Shown: one piece after another, positions 35,139-44,466 of the stretch | Position numbering within the stretch: the first letter of the stretch is position 1 | Layout of the letters: every line of letters starts with the position of its first letter | NCBI GenBank assembly: GCA_964626755.1 | Contig: CAZVGO010000050.1 | Location: 203,960 to 267,959 of the forward strand | DNA: 64,000 nt | Reading direction: 5' to 3' | Source of the DNA: an uncultured Anaerolineaceae bacterium | GTDB lineage: Bacteria > Chloroflexota > Limnocylindria > Limnocylindrales > CSP1-4 | Notes under the pieces: model-generated | Seen by the model: the letters and a program-made list of their open reading frames with translations, nothing else | Database searches by the model: none | Told to the model about the DNA's origin: nothing | Made by a program: the position numbers and the translations under genes

Positions 35139-35654
35139 GTGCGCATCCGGTTGTTCCTTCCCATTGTCGCGGCGGTCGCGCTGGCCGCCTGCGCGGGCAC
35201 CGCGGCGTCGCCGTCGGTGGCCGCGCCGACAGTGGCCCCGCCGACTGTGGCCCCGCCGACTGTCGCCCCGCCGACCGAGGCTCCGTCGGCCACCGTCGCC
35301 GCCGGTGCGACCACGGTGATGGTCGCCACATCCGACCTGGGCCAGATCCTCGTCGACGGGCAGGGCCGGACGCTGTACCTCTTCACCCCCGACGAGGCCG
35401 GCACTCCCACCTGCTATGACGACTGCGCCCTCGCGTGGCCGCCGCTCCTCACCGAAGGCGACATCACGGTCGGGGCGGGCCTCGACGACTCCGACTTCAG
35501 CACCGCCACCCGGACCGACGGCGGCGACCAGGTGAAGACCGGCACCTGGCCGCTCTACTACTACGCGGGCGACGAAGCCCCTGGCGATACGAACGGTCAA
35601 GGCCTCCAGGGGATCTGGTACGTCGTCAGCCCGAGCGGTGAGGCCATCCGGTAG
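35139..35654 (+). CDS. Secreted lipoprotein with Y-x-(F/W/Y)-x-x-D repeat family fold and PTVAP tandem repeats
   Basis: Lipobox LAACAG, then (PTVAP)x3, then LYLFTPDE...PLYYYAGDEAPGDTNGQG. GTG start with a GAGGA RBS. Confidence 0.65.
   Translation: MRIRLFLPIVAAVALAACAGTAASPSVAAPTVAPPTVAPPTVAPPTEAPSATVAAGATTVMVATSDLGQILVDGQGRTLYLFTPDEAGTPTCYDDCALAWPPLLTEGDITVGAGLDDSDFSTATRTDGGDQVKTGTWPLYYYAGDEAPGDTNGQGLQGIWYVVSPSGEAIR
35226..35285 (+). repeat. In-frame 15-bp tandem repeat x4 (ccgacWgtSgccccg) encoding PTVAP units
   Basis: Read directly at 35226-35285. Confidence 0.6.
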
Positions 35655-35679
35655 GTCCACTCCCGGACGCGCTTCAATC

Positions 35680-35714
35680 CGGCGCCCCGACGGCGGGGCG
35701 CCGGCCCTTTCTGC
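35680..35714 (+). terminator. Intrinsic terminator (10-bp GC stem ccggcgcccc/ggggcgccgg, then ccctttctg)
   Basis: Lies 25 nt after the lipoprotein stop. Confidence 0.55.
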
Positions 35715-35743
35715 CCGGATCGCCCCGGGGCTAGACTCGGGGC

Positions 35744-36775
35744 GTGAAGATCGCCCATGTCCGCGAGCGGCACGGACCCGCCGGCGCTCCGTGGCGGCTG
35801 GCGGCGGCGCTGGACAACCCGCCGACCAGATGGCTCGATCTCGAGGTCGCCCGGCGGCGGCTCGCCGCGGCGGATCCCGGTCGGACCCACAACAGCGTCC
35901 TGTTCCGCTCGCCGCTCACGACGCTCGACGACCACCTCGCGGCCGGCCTGAGCGTTGAGGCGCTCGCCGAGCTCGTCGACGGATTCGAGCCCCGCGGCGG
36001 ACCGGACGAGGACGACGCCGTCGTCGACGGAGCGGACCTGCGCTTCGGGCCGCCGATCCTCCGGCCGCCGTCGTTCCGCGACTTCTACGCGTTCGAGCGG
36101 CACGTCAAGACGATGTGGGAGCGACGCGGCGGGGAGGTGCCCGAGGCCTGGTATCGCCTGCCGATCTTCTACTTCAGCAATGCATCGGAGATCCGGGGTC
36201 CGGACGAGCCGGTCAACCCACCGCGCGGCTCGGCGGAGCTCGACTTCGAGCTGGAGGTCGCGGCCATCGTCGACACCCCGGCCGCGGACCTGCCGGCCGG
36301 CCGGGCGGAGGAGGCGATCGGCGGCTACACGATCCTCAACGACTGGTCGGCGCGCGACCTCCAGCGCGAGGAGACCGCCGTCCGCCTCGGGCCGGCGAAG
36401 GGCAAGGACTTCGCGTCGACGATCGGGCCGTGGCTCGTCACGCCTGACGAGCTGGCCTCGGCGCGCCGCGGCAAGGGCTACGACCTCGCCATGACGGCCA
36501 CGGTGTGCGGCCCATCGGGCGTGACCGTGGAGGTCAGCCACGGGACATGGGCGGACATCCAGTTCAGCTTCGGCGAGATGCTCGAGCGGGCCTCGGCGGA
36601 TGTCCGCGTCCGGCCGGGCGACCTCGTTGGCAGCGGGACCGTGGGGACCGGCTGCCTTCTCGAGGTGAAGGACTCGACCCTGGGGAGGTGGCTCGAGCCG
36701 GGCGACGAGGTCGTGTTGTCGATCGAGCGGCTCGGCGAGCTGCGGAGCCCGGTCGTCGCGCGGGGGCCCGGATGA
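35744..36775 (+). CDS. fahA: Fumarylacetoacetate hydrolase family protein
   Basis: FAH-fold motifs including PIFYFSN...DFELEVAAIV and YTILNDWSARDLQ. Confidence 0.75.
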   Translation: MKIAHVRERHGPAGAPWRLAAALDNPPTRWLDLEVARRRLAAADPGRTHNSVLFRSPLTTLDDHLAAGLSVEALAELVDGFEPRGGPDEDDAVVDGADLRFGPPILRPPSFRDFYAFERHVKTMWERRGGEVPEAWYRLPIFYFSNASEIRGPDEPVNPPRGSAELDFELEVAAIVDTPAADLPAGRAEEAIGGYTILNDWSARDLQREETAVRLGPAKGKDFASTIGPWLVTPDELASARRGKGYDLAMTATVCGPSGVTVEVSHGTWADIQFSFGEMLERASADVRVRPGDLVGSGTVGTGCLLEVKDSTLGRWLEPGDEVVLSIERLGELRSPVVARGPG

Positions 36776-37890
36776 CCTCAATCACAGGTGCCCGGGTCGT
36801 TCCGCCGGTCATCCCGGCCGGCCTCGACACCCCCTGCCTGGTCGTCTACGTCGACGCGGTCGAGGCGAACGCCCGGCGCCTGGGCGGCGAGCTCGATGCC
36901 CGTGGGGTGCGACTCAGGCCACACGTGAAGACCCACAAGAGCATCCGGCTCGCGCGGATCCAGCTCGAGACCGGCGCGGCCGGTATCACCGTCGGCAACC
37001 TCGGCGAGGCGGAGGTCATGGCGGCGGGGGGGATCGACGACATCTTCGTCGCCTATCCAGTCTGGGCGGAAGGCCCGAAGGCGCCCCGACTGCGTGCGCT
37101 CCACGACGCCGTCCGCCGGTTTGCCGTCGGCGTCGACTCGGTCCCCGGAGCAGAGCGGCTGGCCGTTGCTGTCCGCGGGTCGTCCCGGCGTCTCGACGTG
37201 CTCGTCGAGATCGACCCGGGCAACGGGCGGACGGGCGTCGCCCCGGGTCGCGCGGTGGATGTCGCACTCGCGGCGCAATCCCTCGGTCTCAGGGTCGCCG
37301 GGGTCTTCGCTCACGGCGGCCACGCGTACGGCGGCCGGGACGCGGCCGGCGCGGCTGCCGACGAGGTCGCGACGCTCGGCGCGGCCGCGGCAGCGCTGCG
37401 TCGAGCCGGGCTCGAAACCCCGATCGTGTCCGCCGGCTCGACGCCGACCGCGGTCCTCGCGGCGCGTGGCGAGGTCAATGAGATTCGCGCCGGGACCTAC
37501 CTGCTCGGGGACCGGCAGCAGCTCGCGCTGGGCTCGGCACAAGCAGACAGCCTTGCCCTGTGGGTGGCCGCCACGGTCGTGTCGACCGCCGTCCCCGGCC
37601 AGGTCGTACTCGACGCCGGCGCCAAGAGCCTGACGAAGGACCGCCCGGAATACCTAACGGGCCATGGTCTTCTGCCTGCCTATCCCGACGCGGTCATCGA
37701 TCGACTGTCGGACTACCACGGGGTCGTGCGGATTCCACCCAACACGGCCGCGCCCGGGCTCGGCGACGTCGTCGCGATCCTCCCGAACCACGCCTGCCCG
37801 GTAGTCGACCTGTTCGACTCGTTCGTCGCCGTCCGGGCCGGGGAGATCGTCGGGGTGTGGCCGGTCGACGCCCGCGGACGGAGCGGCTGA
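36772..37890 (+). CDS. Alanine-racemase-fold PLP enzyme, D-serine dehydratase-like / D-threonine aldolase (DSD1) family
   Basis: HVKTHKS with the PLP Lys, an N-terminal TIM-barrel and the characteristic C-terminal domain. Start overlaps the fahA stop (ATGA). The upstream 89 aa of the ORF are rejected. Confidence 0.7.
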   Translation: MTSITGARVVPPVIPAGLDTPCLVVYVDAVEANARRLGGELDARGVRLRPHVKTHKSIRLARIQLETGAAGITVGNLGEAEVMAAGGIDDIFVAYPVWAEGPKAPRLRALHDAVRRFAVGVDSVPGAERLAVAVRGSSRRLDVLVEIDPGNGRTGVAPGRAVDVALAAQSLGLRVAGVFAHGGHAYGGRDAAGAAADEVATLGAAAAALRRAGLETPIVSAGSTPTAVLAARGEVNEIRAGTYLLGDRQQLALGSAQADSLALWVAATVVSTAVPGQVVLDAGAKSLTKDRPEYLTGHGLLPAYPDAVIDRLSDYHGVVRIPPNTAAPGLGDVVAILPNHACPVVDLFDSFVAVRAGEIVGVWPVDARGRSG

Positions 37891-37893
37891 CCC

Positions 37894-38415
37894 GTGGCCG
37901 CCCCGACCCATCCCGCCGCCCTGACGATCGACGCGCTGACCGAGGCCGATTGGCCGGCGGTCCGGCGGATCTTCGAGGAGGGGATTGCCACCGACATCGC
38001 CACGCTCGAGATCGAGGCGCCCGGCTGGCCGGAATGGGACGCCTCGCACCGGAACGGCTGCCGGTTTGTCGCCCGGCGCGGCAGCGAGGTCGTCGGCTGG
38101 ATCGCCCTGAGCGCCCCGCCGCCGCGACGCGTCTATGCCGGCGTCGCCTGGCTGAGCGTCTATGTCGCGGCCGTGGAACGGAATCGTGGCGTCGGGCGGG
38201 CGCTGTTCGATGCGCTCATCCCGGCGTCGGAGGCCGAAGGGCTGTGGACGATCCAGGCCGGGGTCATCGCCGAGAACCTGGCGAGCCTCGCCCTCCACGA
38301 GCGGGCGGGCTTCCGGCGGATCGGCGTCCAGGAGCGGCTCGGGCGGGACCGCGGCGGCCGGTGGCGCGACGTCGTGCTCCTCGAGCGCCGCAGCCGAACC
38401 GTCGGCGGACCGTGA
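37894..38415 (+). CDS. GNAT family N-acetyltransferase
   Basis: VGWIALS...RNRGVGRALFDAL...ENLASLALHERAGF acetyl-CoA binding motifs. GTG start. Confidence 0.75.
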   Translation: MAAPTHPAALTIDALTEADWPAVRRIFEEGIATDIATLEIEAPGWPEWDASHRNGCRFVARRGSEVVGWIALSAPPPRRVYAGVAWLSVYVAAVERNRGVGRALFDALIPASEAEGLWTIQAGVIAENLASLALHERAGFRRIGVQERLGRDRGGRWRDVVLLERRSRTVGGP

Positions 38416-38447
38416 TGCCCGGGTAGGATTGCCCCGGAGGAGCGCCG

Positions 38448-39671
38448 ATGTTCTACCTGTCGCTCGGCAGTGTGCCCCACAAGCGCCATACGCAGCACCG
38501 CGCTCCCGACGGCTCGCTCTACGCCGAGGAGCTATTCGGGGTCGAGGGCTTCACCGGGCGCAGCTCGCTGCTCTACCACCTCGTGCCGCCGACCCGGACG
38601 CACAAGGTCGAGGCGGTCCGCCGGGTCAAGCTCGACGAGGCCGACGACGACGCCCATCGTCACCGCCTGATCAACACGAAGGAGCTCGCGCCGAAGGGCG
38701 ATGCGATCTCCGGCCGCGTCCCGCTGTTCTACAACGCCGACGTCGTCATGGGCGTCGTCCGGCCCTCGACCGAGATGCCGAGGAACACGTTCTACCGGAA
38801 CGGCCAGGCGGACGAGATGGTCTTTGTCCACGAGGGCACCGGCACCTGGGACACGGTGTTCGGCCGGTTCCGGTATGGCCCGGGGGACTACCTCGTGAGT
38901 CCCATCGGGACGACCTGGCGGCTCGAGCCCGACAAGGGCAGCGCCCAGCGAATGCTCTGGCTCGAGGCCCCCTCGGAGCTGGAGCCGCCGAAGCGCTATC
39001 GGAACGACTACGGCCAGCTCCTCGAACACTCGCCGTACAGCCAGCGCGACATCCGGGCCCCGGAGTGGATCGACGCCCGGACGGACAGCGGGGAGTTCGT
39101 CGTCCACGTGAAGGTCCGCGACCGGATCACGGCCTACCACTACCGGCATCACCCGTTCGACGTCGTCGGCTGGGACGGCTACCTGTGGCCCTACGTCTTC
39201 AACATCGGCGACTTCGAGCCGATCACCGGGCGGGTCCACCAGCCGCCACCGGTCCACCAGACATTCCAGGCCCGGAACTTCGTCGTCTGTTCGTTCGTGC
39301 CGCGCAAGTTCGACTATCACCCGCTCGCGATCCCGGCACCCTACAACCACTCGAACATCAACAGCGACGAGGTCATCTACTACGTGGCCGGCAACTTCAT
39401 GAGCCGGCGCGGCGTGGAAATCAGCTCGTTCACGCTGCATCCCGCGGGCATTCCCCACGGCCCGCATCCGGGCACAGCCGAGGCGTCAATCGGCAAGGAG
39501 AGGACCGAGGAGCTCGCGGTCATGGTCGACACGTTCCATCCGCTCCGCCTGACCAGGCAGGCCAAGGAGATGGACGACCACCGCTACCCGTACAGCTGGC
39601 TGCCGCCGGAGGACGCCGGGGCCGAGGCGGCGGAGCTGGCCCAACGCGGCCCCGAGGCGTTCCCGGACTGA
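38448..39671 (+). CDS. hmgA: Homogentisate 1,2-dioxygenase
   Basis: About 407 aa with an HGD cupin signature (YRNGQADEMVFVHEGTGT...HPAGIPHGPHPG). Confidence 0.85.
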   Translation: MFYLSLGSVPHKRHTQHRAPDGSLYAEELFGVEGFTGRSSLLYHLVPPTRTHKVEAVRRVKLDEADDDAHRHRLINTKELAPKGDAISGRVPLFYNADVVMGVVRPSTEMPRNTFYRNGQADEMVFVHEGTGTWDTVFGRFRYGPGDYLVSPIGTTWRLEPDKGSAQRMLWLEAPSELEPPKRYRNDYGQLLEHSPYSQRDIRAPEWIDARTDSGEFVVHVKVRDRITAYHYRHHPFDVVGWDGYLWPYVFNIGDFEPITGRVHQPPPVHQTFQARNFVVCSFVPRKFDYHPLAIPAPYNHSNINSDEVIYYVAGNFMSRRGVEISSFTLHPAGIPHGPHPGTAEASIGKERTEELAVMVDTFHPLRLTRQAKEMDDHRYPYSWLPPEDAGAEAAELAQRGPEAFPD

Positions 39672-39673
39672 TC

Positions 39674-40261
39674 ATGGCCTCGTTCTTCCGGCCCATTCCC
39701 GACAGTCCGAAACCCCCGCGGCGCCGCTCAGTTCCCCGGCTCGACCATGCCCTCCTCGTCGCCGGGGCGGCGATCATGATCGTCGCCGCGCGGTTGCCGT
39801 GGATGCGCGGCCAGACCCGGGCAAGCGGATACGTCGACTGGACAGGGATCGACGACACGGGCGAGGGAGGGATGCTCCTCGTGCTCGGGCTGCTCGTCCT
39901 GGCATTCGTTCGCTGGCGGGGATCGTTCGAGGAGATCGAGCCGCGATCACGCTGGCTGCCGATCGGCCTGGGGTTCGCCGCGGGGTGCCTCTGGGTGATC
40001 TCGTTCCGGAGGCTCGTCACGATGTCGTTCGACACCCCGGGCGGAGCACGGCTGGAAATCGGCGTATTCCTCGCCGGCATCGGCGTACTCGTGATGCTCG
40101 CCGGGGCCCTGCTGGCCGCCCGCCGCTGGGCGGACCCGCAGGCCCCGCCCCACCGCCGCCCGGACCGCCACGATGCCGCGCCACTCTCACTCGAGCCCGG
40201 CAGCGACGGGTACATGACCCGCGCCCGGGTCGAGCGGCGGGATCCGCCCCCCGACGGCTGA
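39674..40261 (+). CDS. Hypothetical 4-TM membrane protein
   Basis: Starts 3 nt after the hmgA stop. Hydrophobic helices with a charged C-terminal tail. Confidence 0.4.
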   Translation: MASFFRPIPDSPKPPRRRSVPRLDHALLVAGAAIMIVAARLPWMRGQTRASGYVDWTGIDDTGEGGMLLVLGLLVLAFVRWRGSFEEIEPRSRWLPIGLGFAAGCLWVISFRRLVTMSFDTPGGARLEIGVFLAGIGVLVMLAGALLAARRWADPQAPPHRRPDRHDAAPLSLEPGSDGYMTRARVERRDPPPDG

Positions 40262-40283
40262 TCGCGGGCCGCATGATACGGAC

Positions 40284-41063
40284 GTGATCGCCGCCGACCC
40301 TCGCCCGCTCCGCGACCGCATCCTCGCCGGGGAGACCCTGTTCGGCCTGTTCCTCGACCTGGGCTCGCCGATCGCCGCGGAGCTCGCGTCGCGGGCCGGC
40401 TACGACTGGCTCGTCATCGACCTCGAGCACGGCGCCGCGACGGAGGGGGATCTCCTCCTCCTGCTCCACGCGGTCGAGGCCGGCGGCGCGTCGGCCCTCG
40501 TCCGCCCGCAGTCCGGCGAACGATTGCGAATCGGCCGGGCCCTCGACATGGGCGCCCGCGGGATCGTCGTCCCGCGGCTGAACTCGGTGAACGAGGCACG
40601 CGAGGCGGTGACGTTCCTCCGTTACCCGCCGGAGGGGGGCCGCGGCGTCGCGCTGCGCTCCCGAGGCGCGGACCTCGGGGCGATCACCCACGACCGGGTC
40701 GGGGAGGTCAACCAGCGGATCGTCGGCCTCGTCCAGATCGAGTCGGTCGGCGCCCTCGCGGACGCCGACCGGATTGCCGCGATCGACGGAGTGGACGTCC
40801 TGTTCGTCGGGCCCGCGGACCTGACCCACTCCCTCGGGGTCCCCGGCCGGTTCACCGACCCGGCGTACCGCGACGCCCTCCGCACGGTCGTGGCGGCCTG
40901 CCGGGCCCACGGCAAGGCGGCCGGGATCCTGCTCTACGACACATCCGTCGTGCCGGAGTACCTCGAGCTCGGCTTCCGGTTCATGGGAATCGGGTCCGAT
41001 GGCGCATTCGTCGCCGACGCCGCCGCCCGGGCCCTGGCCTCCGTGCGCGCGACCGCGAAGTAG
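40284..41063 (+). CDS. HpcH/HpaI family 2-keto-3-deoxy-acid aldolase
   Basis: GYDWLVIDLEHG and the RPQSGE...RALDMGARGIVVP signature. GTG start. Confidence 0.75.
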   Translation: MIAADPRPLRDRILAGETLFGLFLDLGSPIAAELASRAGYDWLVIDLEHGAATEGDLLLLLHAVEAGGASALVRPQSGERLRIGRALDMGARGIVVPRLNSVNEAREAVTFLRYPPEGGRGVALRSRGADLGAITHDRVGEVNQRIVGLVQIESVGALADADRIAAIDGVDVLFVGPADLTHSLGVPGRFTDPAYRDALRTVVAACRAHGKAAGILLYDTSVVPEYLELGFRFMGIGSDGAFVADAAARALASVRATAK

Positions 41064-41074
41064 CCCGCCCGCGG

Positions 41075-42055
41075 TCACTCGTCGGCGATGCGGACCGCCG
41101 GCTGCGGTGGCCGGAAGGCGGCCGGCCCGGTCTGGGCGATGACGACGCCGAGGAGGATGAGCGCTCCTCCCACCAGCTGGATCGGCTGGAGTGATTCGCC
41201 AAGGAGGATCGCCGCCAGGGTGATCGTCCAGACCGGCTCGATCGTGCTGAGCAGGGCCGCCTGTGCCGCACCCACCCGCTGCGTCCCCGCGTAGAACGAC
41301 TGGATCGCGACGAACGTCGAGACGACACCCACGCCGACGAGGCCGAACCATGCGCCGGCCGGCACGTCGCCCGGGCCGACCGGCTCGCCGAGCGCGATCG
41401 CCGACAGCCAGTAGGTCACAGCCGTGGCGGTCATCATCAACGCCGTCGCCGCGCTCGCCGCCGCTCCGCCCCGATCGCTGCCACCGGCGCGGCCGTCACC
41501 GGCCTCGCCCCGCTCGCCGGACAGCCGGGCCGCGAGGACGATCCAGATCGCATAGATCAGCGGCGACACGATGACCAGCAGCACGCCGTCGAGCGGCGGA
41601 GCGTCGGTCGTATCGATCCCGCCGACGGCGAGGACCACCCCGACGAGCGCGAGCCCGAGCGCACCCCACGCCCGGGCCCCCCGGAGGCGCCGACCGAACC
41701 GGAGGGTGAGGACTGCCACGAGGGCCGGGTAGACGTAGACGATCAGGGCGGCCAGCGACGCGTCGACTGTCTCGAGGCCGGCGAAGTAGGTCGCGGAGTT
41801 GCCGACGTAGAGGACGCCGAGCGCGAGCGACCCGACGACGAGGCGCCGGTCGAGCGACCGGAGCGCCCGCCGGTGGGCCGGCCAGGCGAGCAGCCACAGC
41901 CAGGCGAGGGACGCCCCGAACAGGAACCGCCACGAGCTCAGGACGTGCCAGCCGACCCCGGCCTCGTAGGCCGGCTTGGCGAACAGGGCCCCGGAGCCGA
42001 AGGCACAGGCGGAGAGGAGGACGAGGGCGACCCCGAGGGCGCGGCGGCGATCCAC
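41075..42055 (-). CDS. DMT superfamily (EamA-like) transporter
   Basis: Ten TM helices and two EamA-type repeats. Confidence 0.7.
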   Translation of the reverse strand: MDRRRALGVALVLLSACAFGSGALFAKPAYEAGVGWHVLSSWRFLFGASLAWLWLLAWPAHRRALRSLDRRLVVGSLALGVLYVGNSATYFAGLETVDASLAALIVYVYPALVAVLTLRFGRRLRGARAWGALGLALVGVVLAVGGIDTTDAPPLDGVLLVIVSPLIYAIWIVLAARLSGERGEAGDGRAGGSDRGGAAASAATALMMTATAVTYWLSAIALGEPVGPGDVPAGAWFGLVGVGVVSTFVAIQSFYAGTQRVGAAQAALLSTIEPVWTITLAAILLGESLQPIQLVGGALILLGVVIAQTGPAAFRPPQPAVRIADE

Positions 42056-42112
42056 CGCGGGAGGCTAGCAGCCCCGGCGGCTGGGCCGGGGCCGACGGGC
42101 TACACTCGTGCG

Positions 42113-42613
42113 GTGAGTGATCTCTCCGAGCGACGCGTGGCGACGCGCGTTCCCAACCTCGTCGACAGCCGGCTCAAGCTGGTAAGCCGGCGGGAGCCCG
42201 TGACCGTTCCGCCGGGCACGAGCCTGGCCGACTGCGTCGGTGCGATCCAGCGCTCGGGGACGGGCGATTCGGTCTTCGTCACGGCACCCGACGGGCGCCT
42301 GGCCGGCATCCTCACCGAGCGCGACATCTTCGCCCGGCTCGTCGGCGGGGACGTCGACCTGGGCCGGCCCGTCGAGACGCTCATGACGACCAGGCCCCAG
42401 CACCTCCATCTGGACGAGACGGTCCGGGACGCAATCGAGCTGATGCAGACCGGACGCTATCGGAACGTGCCGTTACTCGATGACGACGACATGCTCGTCG
42501 GCGTCGTCCGCCCGCAGGACATCCTCAAGTACCTCGCCGAGGCCTTCCCGGAGGAGCTCCTCAACCTTCCTCCGCGGCCGCACCAGCTGATGAGGAAGCC
42601 CGAGGGCGGATGA
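42113..42613 (+). CDS. CBS-domain pair protein
   Basis: Two CBS motifs (VFVTAPDGRLAGILTERDI and VPLLDDDDMLVGVVRPQDIL). GTG start. Its stop overlaps the korA start. Confidence 0.65.
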   Translation: MSDLSERRVATRVPNLVDSRLKLVSRREPVTVPPGTSLADCVGAIQRSGTGDSVFVTAPDGRLAGILTERDIFARLVGGDVDLGRPVETLMTTRPQHLHLDETVRDAIELMQTGRYRNVPLLDDDDMLVGVVRPQDILKYLAEAFPEELLNLPPRPHQLMRKPEGG

Positions 42614-44466
42614 CGACCGAGACCAGGCCGCCCGAGATCGAGGTCCGTGACCTCGAGCGGGTCACGATCCGTTTCGCGGGTGATTCCGGCGACGGGATGC
42701 AGCTGACGGGAACCCAGTTCACCCGGACCGCCGCCGTCTTCGGCAACGACATCAGCACCCTGCCGGACTTCCCGGCGGAGATCCGCGCCCCGGCGGGCTC
42801 GCTGCCTGGCGTGTCGGGGTTCCAGATCAGCTTCTCGAGCACGGACATCCATACGCCGGGCGACGAGCCGGATGTGCTGGTGGCGATGAACCCGGCGGCG
42901 CTCAAGACGAACATCGGCGACCTGCCGGCAGGCGGTGCATTGATCGTCAACAGCGACGCGTTCGGCCCGCAGAACCTGAAGAAGGCCGCGTACGCATCGA
43001 ACCCGCTGACCGACGGCTCGCTCAAGCACGTCACGGTCTTCGAGGTCCCGATCTCGACCCTCAATGCGCGGGCCCTCGAGGGCCTCGACATGACCTCGAA
43101 GCAGGTCGACCTGACGAAGAACTTCTTCGCCCTCGGGCTGATGTTCTGGCTCTACGAGCGGTCGATGGACCCGACGCTCCGCTGGATCGACGAGAAGTTC
43201 TCGAAGCGGCAGGTGGTCGCGGAGGCGAACAAGCGGGCGCTCAAGGCGGGCTACGCGTTCGGTGAGACGACCGAGATCTTCCACACTCACTACCGGGTCG
43301 CCCCCGCGAAGCTGGGCCCGGGCACATACCGCAACATCACCGGCAACGAGGCCACCGCGCTCGGCTTCCTCGCTGCCTCGAAGCTCGCCCACCGCCCCCT
43401 GTTCTACGGCAGCTATCCGATCACCCCCGCCTCGGACATCCTCCACCAGCTCTCGGGGTACAAGAACTTCGGGGTCAAGACGTTCCAGGCGGAGGACGAG
43501 ATCGCGGCGATCGGGGCGGCGATCGGGGCGAGCTACGGCGGCGCGCTCGGGATGACCGCCAGCTCCGGCCCGGGGATCGCCCTGAAGAGCGAAGCTCTCG
43601 GCCTGGCGATCATGGTGGAGCTGCCGCTCGTCGTCGTCGACGTCCAGCGGGCCGGCCCATCGACCGGGATGCCGACGAAGAACGAGCAGGCGGACCTCCT
43701 CCAGGTGATGTTCGGGCGCAACTCGGACTCGCCCGTCCCGATCGTCGCGCCGGCGACACCCGGCGAGTGCTTCGATTACGCGATCGAGGCCTGGCGCATC
43801 GCCCTCAAGTACGTCACCCCGGTCGTCTACCTGTCCGACGCGTTCCTCGCCACTGGTGCCGAGCCGTGGCGGATCCCGGCGCTCGCCGACCTGCCCGACA
43901 TCGGGGTTGACAACTGGACGGACAAGGCGACGTTCCAGCCGTACGACCGCGACCCGGTGACGCTCGCCCGGAAGTGGGCGATCCCAGGCACGCCAGGGCT
44001 GGAGCACCGGATCGGCGGGCTCGAGAAGGCCGACATCAGCGGCAACGTCAGCTACGACCCGGACAATCACCACCGGATGCAGCTCCTCCGCGCCGCCAAG
44101 GTGGCAGGGATCGCCAACGACATCCCGGACCTCGTCGCGCACGGCCCGGCCCGGGGTGACCTGCTGGTCCTCGGCTGGGGTTCGACCTACGGGGCGCTCC
44201 GTTCGGCGGTCGAACGGCTGCAGGCCGACGGCCGGAGTGTCGCCCACGCCCACATCCGTCACCTGAACCCGTTTCCGCGGAACCTCGGCGAGGTCCTCGA
44301 GAGCTATCGCCGGGTGCTCATCCCGGAGGTCAACCTGGGCCAGCTCTCGATGCTCATCCGGGCCCGCTTCCTCGTCGACGCGGTCGGCTACAACCGTGTC
44401 CGGGGAAAGCCGTTCCGGATCTCCGAGATCGAGGCCGAGGCCGTCCGGCTGCTGGAGACTCCATGA
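42610..44466 (+). CDS. korA: 2-oxoglutarate:ferredoxin oxidoreductase alpha subunit (KorA/KGOR large subunit)
   Basis: IRFAGDSGDGMQLTG (PFOR gamma/alpha fused architecture), YPITPAS and GMTASSGPG. Same organisation as the mycobacterial KorAB. Confidence 0.85.
   Translation: MTTETRPPEIEVRDLERVTIRFAGDSGDGMQLTGTQFTRTAAVFGNDISTLPDFPAEIRAPAGSLPGVSGFQISFSSTDIHTPGDEPDVLVAMNPAALKTNIGDLPAGGALIVNSDAFGPQNLKKAAYASNPLTDGSLKHVTVFEVPISTLNARALEGLDMTSKQVDLTKNFFALGLMFWLYERSMDPTLRWIDEKFSKRQVVAEANKRALKAGYAFGETTEIFHTHYRVAPAKLGPGTYRNITGNEATALGFLAASKLAHRPLFYGSYPITPASDILHQLSGYKNFGVKTFQAEDEIAAIGAAIGASYGGALGMTASSGPGIALKSEALGLAIMVELPLVVVDVQRAGPSTGMPTKNEQADLLQVMFGRNSDSPVPIVAPATPGECFDYAIEAWRIALKYVTPVVYLSDAFLATGAEPWRIPALADLPDIGVDNWTDKATFQPYDRDPVTLARKWAIPGTPGLEHRIGGLEKADISGNVSYDPDNHHRMQLLRAAKVAGIANDIPDLVAHGPARGDLLVLGWGSTYGALRSAVERLQADGRSVAHAHIRHLNPFPRNLGEVLESYRRVLIPEVNLGQLSMLIRARFLVDAVGYNRVRGKPFRISEIEAEAVRLLETP

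Noticed and set aside
35226-35285. CRISPR-like array, suspected from the short tandem repeats at 35226-35285 and 11538-11610
   Set aside because: The repeats are contiguous with no spacers, only 15 or 24 bp, in frame inside CDSs, and encode Pro-rich linkers. There are no cas genes in the window.
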